Position numbers and translations under genes: made by a program. Below are positions 13,001 through 23,084 of a stretch of DNA of 64,000 nt, piece by piece. The notes under the pieces were generated by a model, which was not told the origin of the DNA, made no database searches, and worked only from the letters and a program-made list of their open reading frames with translations. Location: NCBI GenBank assembly GCA_030704615.1, contig CM060734.1, forward strand, positions 46,934,001 through 46,998,000, read 5' to 3'. The first letter of the stretch is position 1. Each line of letters begins with the position of its first letter. The DNA comes from Takakia lepidozioides. Its lineage: Eukaryota > Plantae > Bryophyta.

Positions 13001-13675
13001 GCAGAAAAAAAATTAACTCCAAACCACCATAGATCCACCCAACGAGCTACCTTGCAGAATTCAACATGAAAATTTAGGGACAACTCTGATGAGTGGACAA
13101 AACAGGCTGAAATGCGTTGAAGAAGAAGGTAACCTCACCACATTGTCCTTGACCTTGTGTCATGAAAGCGGCTAGGTTTTCTTTCACCCACGGAGGATTC
13201 AACCGACCATCGACCCAAGAGGACCCCTTTTGTGTGCTGCTTGTGTCTATAGGGGGGCGATCTCGGATTGGTCTGTGAGAACCACCACGGTGCACCTGAG
13301 CAACCATAGATTTAAACACTACCAAGCTCACCCTCCCAAGTACCTTGTAAACACGCGGGAAAAAACCAAATCATGGTACTGACAGAAAGAGCCCAGATTT
13401 GCAAACAGACAAACTTCTTCACGTCGTACATTAAGAAAGCCACACCTTGCGATTGCGGTTGTCCCACCATTGTGCAGGATCTTTAAAAACCTCATGCCAG
13501 CGTTGCTCCATGCTCCTTGGTGGACCTTCATGCCCGAAAATCTGACAGCATCAACGTTTTGACAAGTTCCTTTATGGAGGAGTGCTAGTGAGCTTTCAAC
13601 AACATTCATGCAAGCCACTTTGGGCTCCATCGTGAGGCACCAGTTAAGGCCATTGGAGCCTTCGCCATAGCGCAT
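10006..13675 (-). CDS. PLS-class PPR-E1-E2-DYW (PG-type) organellar C-to-U RNA editing factor with two N-terminal OSB-type PDF motifs. Proposed exons: 13675-13619 (tentative), 13541-13446, 13295 (or 13272)-13139, 12986-12892, 12630-10006; ~1009 aa
   Basis: P-L-S triplets, P2-L2-S2, E1/E2, PG box PGRCCIEV, HHSEKLA, CGDCH and a terminal DYW, all in one intact exon. Upstream GT-AG exons join in compatible phases (0,0,1,0) and encode W..F.DP.QWWDNR..K|.....P(D/P)(F/Y).(H/N)K....LW.D....P.WV twice. Confidence 0.9.
10950..12150 (-). repeat. Four near-identical 303-bp tandem units, each one P-L-S triplet of 101 aa, inside the PPR exon
   Basis: CCACATTTGGCATACAT.TTCATCAG.GCAGTGTTCAGAA recurs at a 303-nt period (~10986, 11289, 11592, 11895). 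Confidence 0.95.
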
Positions 13676-13833
13676 GAAGAGAGAAAAATGAGATGCAATT
13701 CATGACTACAGGTAGCAGTCACTAGTGACGAAATACATATGTATGTGTATTAGACATACATATGAACTAGTGAGAAAATAGAAAGAAGGTAATGAACAAT
13801 GAGATATGACTTGGGCTATGACCAAAGAGAGAA

Positions 13834-13986
13834 CACAAGAGAAGTACGCTCAGCCAGTTGCTTCATAAATACTTAAGGAATGAAGTTGCTGAGCGTACTT
13901 CTCTTGTGAATGAAGGAACTTGCTGAACACCAAATTGCTGAACATTCGGTGACCACCAGCAAGTTCATTCATAAATGATGGTCACC
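13834..13986. other. Cluster of adjacent inverted repeats (hairpins) upstream of the PPR gene
   Basis: Perfect 21-bp IR at 13834-13854 / 13888-13908, a 15/16 IR at 13910-13925 / 13957-13972, and an 8-bp IR GGTGACCA / TGGTCACC. Confidence 0.85.
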
Positions 13987-15520
13987 AATGCCCCGTAGGG
14001 GTGATAGGCATATGATAGCAAAAGCTCTGAAGGATGCCAAAATATTGGGAAAAATATTTTCGGCCGTTGATGTTCTTAAGCTGAAGGGTGTCTGATCGCG
14101 TGTAGAGGTCATCTTCTTCATCTCTCGTCCAATAAAGGGGAAGGCAAGGCTTATCTCAAGCACCCACAAAGGCAAGCCACTGGATAGAGTAGCTGTGGGG
14201 CCCTGCCTGCCACTCTTCTCCTTCCTTTCCCCTTGCACTGGCACGCCTCTTGGTGGGTTCCAATCAGGTGTTTCCCAGCGCTGGTTATTGCGACATTGCC
14301 CCAGGTCTCTTGCTGACCCGTTCTCTCAAAAGAGGTAGGTGTGGCCGATTTCTCTCCGGTGTTATTGGATAGTCGTATCTCTCTCATAGTACGTGGCATT
14401 GTTTAGAATTAGCTGGACTCTCTCTCTCACATGCAATGTACTAGAGCTGGGACCTCTGTCTGTCTTTCTTCTTGTTTTCTTTCCGTCAATGTGCTATGTG
14501 CACTAGCCTTTCTGCGGACACTTCGTATCCACAGGCACTCGCAGCTTCTGCGTTTTTTGTATATCCTCTCTTCGCTCAATTATTTTTCCATTTCTTGATT
14601 TTCTCGCTTAATGTACGTCCTCCCTTTGAATTGTGAAGCTCCCATTTGGCTTATCATTGAAGTACTCATCCTGGATTCTTGTGAGCATTATGAAGAGAAT
14701 GAATGGAACATATAGGAATGTCCATTGGACGTAAAGGGAACACTCCTTAGACTTGCAGAAGTTGTCAGATCTAGTCGTTTGGCAAAATATATTACTGGGT
14801 GACTGGGTGTTCAGATCCTCGTAATTTCCTGGTTGAAGCCCGCATCCACAGATGCGAAGATCTGGATAACTGATGTATGCAATAGGCGGCAAGAAGACAT
14901 TGCTGCAGTTGCTGTTTGCTCAGTGATGAAGAAGCTTGAATGGAGTAGCATATACCCTCCACTATTCGCAAATGGAATGAAATTTACAAGGTTGTCATAA
15001 TGAAGGTCCCAATGAGTTCCCAGAGTTTTTGAAGCTGGGGTTTTTAAACAAGTTTTGTAGCTATGGGGTTGAGCAATTTTTCGGGCTCATCACTGAATGG
15101 AGTTTGTATGAGGAAGAAAGAGATGGGGTGAGATCATTTCAGGAGTCAGCCCTTCTCAAAAGGTCTTTTTTTTGTGTAAGGAAGGAAGCTCAAGTAATGT
15201 GCTTGCATTGTGCAACAGTTTATGCTTTACTGCTGACCTGGAGTAGCAGAAGTCACCCATTTTAAAACAGCCACTGGATGGTTGTTGATTTAAACCATGG
15301 AAAATTTCCAACTCTAGCTCAGCAGCTGAAACATATTGCAAGGGCTTTAATCTTTGGAATGCACAAAACAAAGGTGATGGATTGCAATGAGTAGGCCGAA
15401 TAAGTTTGACAAGAGCGGAGCTGAATGGTCATTTCAACACAAGCATAAGTGAAGTTTTTGGCGGGTCCACAATGGTTTTCTGCTAACTGGAAAGTGAATA
15501 TGGAATTTATCCAGGGAGGG

Positions 15521-18500
15521 ATGGCTGCCCTTCATATTGCCAGCTCGATCTACTCGGCCCTGGATAGACGATGCAGCAGTACCCCACTCTCTCATGAGGT
15601 ACATCTGTGTTAGTAAATGTGATAGTTTGTGGATATGCTAGATAAGTTGTACCACTGATATTGACAGCGACGGATTGATGCACTTCGTTGCAAATCTGGA
15701 AGGACATGGTATTGTGACCCCTGACCGTGTGGATATTTGTGAAGTGCAGACAGTCCCTGCAAGACTAAGCACCAGTAGATGTGGGAGGCTGCGAAGCAGG
15801 AGCACCCCTCGTGCAAGAGCCAGCTCAACTGAAGCACTGAATGGTAAGACAACAGCAGTCTATGGACATGTGGTCCTTACATAATGAGAGGGGCACAGGG
15901 TTGCTAGTTTGTGTATGCTGGTCCAAGTTTGTTTAGAGGCCCTATATAACAATGTTGAGTTTGAGTTCTAATAAAATTGACAGAGTTTGAAGGATCTCAC
16001 TGGTTTTGCCCCATTCAAGATGAAGTCACTTCGATTAGAGTAGTCTAAACAAATTATAGGTCATATGTGCTTGTCCCAAGCCTGAGCAAACATTTATTTT
16101 TTACGACAGGCTCCAGTGTCTGGGCTTTGCAATGCCATTTATGGCTGGTAACTACACCTCTCTTTCATTGTTGTGAGATTCATTGTTGCTAGCCAATATG
16201 CTCGTTTGTAGGAGTCTAAGAGGAGTCCAACAAATTTTACTCGTCCCAGTTGCAGGTGATGAAGCTGAAGCCTTCACCCGACGACAAGTGGTGGGAGGAG
16301 TAGGTGCCTTGATGGCAGGCCTCTCAATTTTTGACAACTCGGCATTAGCTGCAAGTGTGTCTCGCACCATCCATTTCACCCTAATTGCTGCTGATTTTGT
16401 CATTCTTGCAGTACATAACAGTACGAATACAGGCCCCATTCATTTCAGCCAAACCTCGTTTACCCTGCTACTGGGCCTTCTCTCTGTCTCTGTCTTTCTT
16501 CTTTGGGATTGTTATCCAGTGGGGCACATGAATACAAGACTTTAGCAAACCTACAACTTGTGGTTATATGCAAAGAGTACATCTTCTCCCTATACAACTG
16601 CTCCCCATATGTAGTTTTTCCTACGAGGTGAATGAAAGGGGGCAGGGGCCAGCATGTCACTAGTTAATTCAAGGCGATGGTGCGCTGCAGTAACACGGGC
16701 TGCCCCGTCATGCCATGCCATCCATGCCCATACGAATGATGTGGCTTTTTGCGCACTCCATGGCTGCAGAAGCTCCAAAAGGCTACTCAGCTGTTCTGGA
16801 CAACGTCGATGGCTATACCTTTTACTACCCTTTTGGCTGGCAGGTGTGCTTCTCCCTCCTTTCTGCGCATTTGTCTGTGGCTCTTGTGCTCCTAAGGCCT
16901 CTCATGGTCTAATTGGCAGCTTGTATCCTTCCACTGGTATACTGCCGGTCTAGTACCAATCGACCACCCAAATTTATCATGGCCCACTGCTGTTGGGTGT
17001 TTGTGAGAGCGCGGTTACTGGCTCTCAAACGGTCAACTCAATAAATGAGTCAGTCAGGGTGCCCCTCATAAGAGAAGTGGGGGACTACAAAATCTCTTAT
17101 ACAACAAGGTTTCAAGACAGTGGGAATATAGAAAGTAGATCAATGTGTTATGATGGATGCGTGGAAACCGTACAAGTAGTGCTACCTAAAAGATCAAAAC
17201 AACAACATAGATTCCTTTTTGATGGGGTGTGTAATGTTCCCCACTTCCAAATTTATTCTCGTTGTTTGTGGTATCTTATACAATATAGGTGAACCTGGTT
17301 GGGCATGAGTTATATATGAAGTTTGATATCTCACTTGCAGCACCGGCGAGATAAAGCTAAAACCTGCAGATGTGATTTTCCTTGCTGCCAATGAGTTATG
17401 GCTGCTCCAGCCTTGGATTATTGCATAACAGTAAGGGATCATATCCCACACAGTCCATGGCACCAAGGCTACAGCATTTTGCCATAATGACAGAACATTT
17501 GATACAGTAAATAAACACACAGAATACTTGAGTCGAAACCTGATTGATTTTGTTCTTTCTGGGAGGTCAGTATGTGTAAGGATGGGCTGGTTCTAATGGA
17601 ATGGGGATACTCGTATTGAGGGATGCAGGAGGTGGCTGTAAAGGGTCAGGATGTAGCATTCAAGGATGTTATTGAGCCCCTTGAGAGTGTTAGCGTTAGC
17701 ATCATCAAGACGGACAAAGACAGCCTGCAAGACTTGGGTTCAGCTGATCAGGTGTGAAAGTTACATTCACCACTAACTCTTCAAGCTACAATATCTATCC
17801 CAGTGGCAAAGGTATTGGATGATAAGGTGGGTTTGGCAGTATCTCTAATTATCAGAAGCTTCCCGCTCAAACTGGGCGCGGGGTCAATGGCCACAAGGCT
17901 ACGGCAAACAACGTCTTATGAGTACAATCTAATTATCAGAAGTGTGGCTCCACTGGAGTTTTGTTGTAAACTGTTATGTTAAGATTTCCAGGTTTTCTGG
18001 TTCCTTCTACTTGTCAGCTTTACAATTTTGATTTTGCTCCGGCATTGCCATGCAGGTTGCCAAAGCCTTGGTTGAAAGAGTATTGGCTTCACCAACGCAG
18101 AAAACGCAGCTTCTCGAGGCAAAAGAGGTGAAGGACAAATCAGTTGTCCATGGCCATTGTTTTTTTGGGCCAATTGTAACATGGGGAAAACTGCCTGAAC
18201 TTAACTAGAGGAATGTCCCCACAAGATGGTTTGGCTCTCGTTCTCATCCAATACAGCTCCTCCCTCTTGCTCTCTCTCACACTGTCATCATCATTTTGGG
18301 CTTACAAATTGTTGGAAATTCTTGAATCAGCGGTCATCTGATGGAAAGACATACTACACTTTTGAGTTCCTGGCGAAAGCTTCAAATTACACCCGGCATG
18401 CTCTTGGAGCTGTGGCTATAAAAAATGGTTTGTCCATTCCACAAGTCTATTGTTTCTTTTCTGCAATTCTTCTTGGATTGTTTTGGTACCAAGGAAAGGG

Positions 18501-18916
18501 CCATAAAGCTGTGGCAAAGTACAACCTGTCAAGGACAGTTTTACTATAGTTTTTTTCTATCTTTCTACCTGGCCTCAGCTTTGGTACTATACAAGCCTCA
18601 TTGCAGTACCAATACCCTGGACAGAGAGAAAAGGTCCCTTGGATTGGGGGAATGGGAAATGAATGAAATTTATTCAGAGATCCCGTGTGTGAAGATCTTT
18701 ATGACATGCAGAGGAGGAAGGTTTGAACTCAAATTATTAGTAGTGTTTGTGTGTAAGGAAATACTACAAACGTACTGTTGCTAACTTGCTGCCTCTTTGA
18801 GTGTATGTGTTCCAGGAAAATTCTACACAGTGACGACGGGTGCAAATGAACGGCGGGGGGGGAAAATGGCAGATAAACTCAAGCTAGTTATTGACTCATT
18901 CGAACTTCTCACCTGA
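15521..18916 (+). CDS. PPL1: PsbP-like protein 1 (thylakoid lumen). Exons 15521-15598, 15750-15843, 16256 (or 16250)-16354, 16770-16843, 17629-17751, 18056-18127, 18331-18427, 18816-18916
   Basis: Transit peptide, twin-Arg signal TRRQVV...ALA, then DGYTFYYPFGWQ|EVAVKGQDVAFKDVIEPLESVSV, SPTQKTQLLEAKE, DGKTYYTFEF..ASNYTRHAL, GKFYTVTTGANERR. All introns are GT-AG and phase-consistent. The first two exons are less certain. Confidence 0.92.
17859..17927. mobile_element. 69-bp insertion flanked by a 15-bp target-site duplication in PPL1 intron 5
   Basis: TCTAATTATCAGAAG at 17844-17858 and 17928-17942. Confidence 0.6.
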
Positions 18917-20695
18917 ATTTTGTAGTTTAGGAGCTCGCTTCTCTTCTTTTGCTTGTATCTTGGTTTTCTTTTTTCATTCGTTTTGCAATCAATTGAGTTC
19001 TAGCTCTCTAATGCCAATTTGCTTGGGGCATGCACTGATTGAAAGAAGTTGGGATGCTGCAATAAGTCATTCTTATTGACCCCGGCTCAGAGAGAGAAAT
19101 GAAAGCGAATTTACTTCAGCAATTCACTGTACATTTGAGAAAGTTGTATATGCATGCCGAAGGATCAGTGGGTGGATTCGTGCCCGGAACCCAGCCTTAA
19201 TTTACACGGCCCATGGGCCTGCCACTGGACTAGCCCACATCTTCACTTCATGCATCCCCAAATAGTTCGCAGGGTTTGTCAGCAGCACGGAGGAATGACC
19301 AATAACCAGGAGGTAGGTAGTGGCCCTGGCACTTCAGGAGATAAGGAAGGCCAAATTAACCTGGGCTGAAAGACTGCAAATTGTGATATGATTTGAGATA
19401 CTCAGGGATGATAAGCATGGGCCGAAGGAGCCCACAAGACATGGATATACAGCATGCAACGAGATATCCTGTTGAGGTGCACACCAGTAGTACCGATACC
19501 CAAACTCATTTCCAGTAGCAATACCAGACTCATTACCCTAACAGATTCTTTTTTTGTTTTGGTTTCTCTTGGGAGACGGGGATTACATGGAAACCCATTC
19601 TACTGATGATGTCATTGGATAGGGATGGAAACAGGCCCTTAACCGTGACCCAAGCGGTAGCCGCCCAACCAAAATGAAGAGAGAGAAGACTCTAGCCATA
19701 ATTGGCGTAACTAAGAGCCCCCATAAATCAATGGGTGATTGATATTCTTACCATTTCAGTACGTGAAGGTCAACAGGCCCAAAAATCTGGAAAATATAAG
19801 AAATTTCTGGCTGCTCTCATTTCCAGAGTTTGGGTTTGGGGTAGGGGTTGCACATACAAGGGTGCGACCAAGCTTCAAAACCCAACCTTGATGTCACTCT
19901 TTTGGTCGGGCTTGACCACATGGAAGGAGGCTCTAAGAGGAACAGGACACAGAACCTGTACCAGGGTTTTGAGGATAGCAGATGAACCAGCCTTCCTTGC
20001 TGGGCCACAAGTTGTGTAGAACCGGAGAACTACCTGGGTACCCTACTGATTGTGGTTCCCTTGCTGCAGCCTCCTTCAATCCCTATGGTGGGCCTCCCGG
20101 CAAAACCTCTCAAATGTGAGCTGTAGCCACCTCCTTTACCTATTCCACACTGCACGTAGAGATATGACCCTAACTGAAGTTACAGCATTCCCTTTGCAGA
20201 TATTGCCAAGGTTGTATCAACATAGGCTGCAATCCTTGAGAGGTTGGGTAGCATGTGAACAGAGCGTCCTAAACATGCTCACATAAGCAGAAAAGGATAT
20301 TTTACACATTCTAAGAAAATCTAGAGAACACATTCTGGCAAAACGAAAATGTGCTCATGTTACAAACATTGCAAAACTATTGCAAATTTGTGCTTACATG
20401 AGGCACAATATGATTTACTTCTTTGCTTGAGATATGCATAGAAGAAAAACAATTGGAAATGAACTTAGTGTATTTTTCACAAGAGAAACTCCATAGTCTA
20501 TATAGTTAAACTCTATAGTCTATAGAGACTCTAGTAGAGACTATAGTAGTCTATGTAGTTTTACTAGTTCTTAGAAACAAACAAGTATATAAGTGCATTC
20601 ATAATATCCCATTTAACTAAACTCTATTGATGTATCACAACCCGCCTCCCTATCATGATTACTTGTATCTCTGTTTGTAAATAATAATAATAATA

Positions 20696-20848
20696 TATGA
20701 CGCCTCTCGCAGGAAGCATAAATTATGGTGTCTCTTCACCCACCTATTGCCTTCCGGCAAGAAGGTGGACACCTTTTGACACCAATCAATTGAACCTATC
20801 CACTTCTGAGGTGGTATGTGCCATTACTACTTGGCTACAACTTTGGTT
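20696..20848 (-). mobile_element. tRNA-derived SINE, family B, copy 1 (degenerate)
   Basis: Aligns by eye with 39906-40095: TATGACGCCTC...AAGGTGGACACC...GGTATGTG.CCATTAC..CT.GGCTACA. Confidence 0.65.
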
Positions 20849-23084
20849 ATCTCTATTTGTAAACATATTATCCCTGTAAGTGTGGATTATGTTGACGAGG
20901 GCTTACTCACACCAAATTGTGCTTATGCGACACCAATCCACACTCACAATACATTAATCAAATTACCGTTGATCATATTAAGTGGTGAGGAAATTTTAAT
21001 CTTACCAAAAGACGCATACTTTCCAAGTCACATAATTTATTTATTTTTATTTTTTAATAAATAATTTATTTTATTATTATTTTCTAAATAAATTTTAATT
21101 CCAAGAATAAAAATTAGATATATATATATAGCTATATATATATAATAATATCAAAATCGAGCTAAGAATTGGTGTTTTATTTTAATAACTAATTGACGTT
21201 AAAACTTGAACTGGGTCATAATAGCCTCAATAAAAAATACTAAATCAAAATTGGATTTGGAACCATCTCTTAAAACAATTGTAGGATCAAAACCAAAGGT
21301 TCTTTCACAAATGCAAGAATCTATGGAAGAACATACAAATGCAAGTTTATATCAAATCGCAAAACAAAATAGGGTTGTGGGAAGCTATGCGGGATTGTCA
21401 AAATTGTTGCTTCAATGGACAAAGCCTCTCGAGGTTTGCGGCTTGTTACAATTATATTAAGTATGCAATGTGCAACAAGAACAATAAATGAACAAATTGA
21501 TAAAACGCATTCAATATGTAATCATTTGAACATGTGTCCTGGGGGCTTCTAGAAGGGTCTCACCGCCCTGAGAGGGTATATAAAGGGGAGGCCCGCTATC
21601 TCTTACTACGTAGTGGGCTTTGCAGACGCAGGGCCCAAAAAACAATACACAAACATGAATGTCTTAATTAATAGAGACAATAAGCTAAATATAGAGCGTG
21701 ATTCAAAGGCATATACGACCATCAAGTAAGTTTCAACATCATTAGCTTATGATTGTGTAAATAATTTGTAAACGTTTATTTTGCACTTTTCTAACGAAAT
21801 TAGTTGGAAATTAGTGGTCGTTCCATTTTCTTCTTCAAAACAAGGCGTTGAAGCAGAGAGTCGTCTTCAGAGCAAAATGCACCCATGTACATTGATGAAT
21901 CAAGTGAGGATAGCTCCGATTGAAATTGTTGCTAGATGCAATAATACATCCATTTTGTTGGATAAAATGTATTTGTTAATTATTGTGTTGTAAGTTATTG
22001 TTGACATTGAATCACAGAGTGTTGTGGAGCACATACACAGAGTGTGAGTGGTGGAACATATCGTGCAGTCTCTACATTCAATTCGTTTTCAGTTTTCTAC
22101 AACTCAAAACAGAACATGTTATCTTCATGTTTCTTTTGGTATGCAAAACACAGCCACCTGATGCTTCAGAGCCTTTTCAAACCGAGCAGCTCTTTCACAT
22201 CAGCTACATGATGTCTAGTTTTGTTGTTTTTCCTTGATTTTGCTACTGGAAAGCGGATCTTCGTTGGGGAATGGTACACTCTTGTGGCCATTCTATTTGT
22301 GGCAAAAAATTTGGAGTCACCATTGCAGTACCATTGGTATTTTGATGCTCGATAAGGGGATTCTTAACAACTTTTGCATTTTGAACTATGGCACCTACAT
22401 ACCAATTATGTCGACGATCTATAACTATGTGCTTGAATGTTCTATAATTCATATATAGTGGTTTTGAAGGAGATTCTCAACATAGTGCCTTTACGATCTG
22501 CAACCATCCACATTTTTGCCTATGAATTCCCTCAAAGAGATATGAAGATATCTAAAATATTTTTCTTTGTTGGGTGTATTATTAGTTGACATGGTGTTAG
22601 GGCTGTAATGAAGTATCAATTTGTTGTAATCAGACAAAGACGTTCACATGTGCAAATTTACCAACACTCAATTATGGCTTTATAACTAGATTGGCTCTCT
22701 CTATCACAACCAATTGAGCACATAATTGGGTTCAGGCTTGTACAGAGAAGAAAATTGTTGTTCTTTAAATCATAGATTATGATAAAGCGAGCTACTTACA
22801 ACAACGGGATGATATTTGAATTGATGTTAGTTACATGAGGGGGATCGGAAACAGGAAATTTGTTTTAATCATTATTACAGAAAGTGGTTTTACAAGTGAA
22901 GCTATGTCCCTACATTGATTCCTCGATATGCCTTGAAACATTTGACAAATCATTCTGATGGCCCCATAGATCTAAGTGACATAAATGACTATGATTCCAA
23001 TAAATAACCGTCATAATAATTAGGCAAAATATAAAGTATTTTTGGCAAAATAAATGTTGAGCTTTGGAGGTAGAAGAGAGTGGA

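Noticed and set aside
14608-14892. 94-aa minus-strand ORF between the PPR gene and PPL1
   Set aside because: Non-ATG start, no recognisable domain or splice linkage; likely UTR or promoter.
19700-20300. Possible LINE ORF2 remnant (SLFWSGLTTWKEA)
   Set aside because: Only a vague resemblance, with no RT or zinc-finger motif found.
21200-23084. Degenerate coding-like sequence around the Gypsy insertion site (continues at 30026-31000)
   Set aside because: Short protein-like frames but no motif I can assign; probably an old TE.
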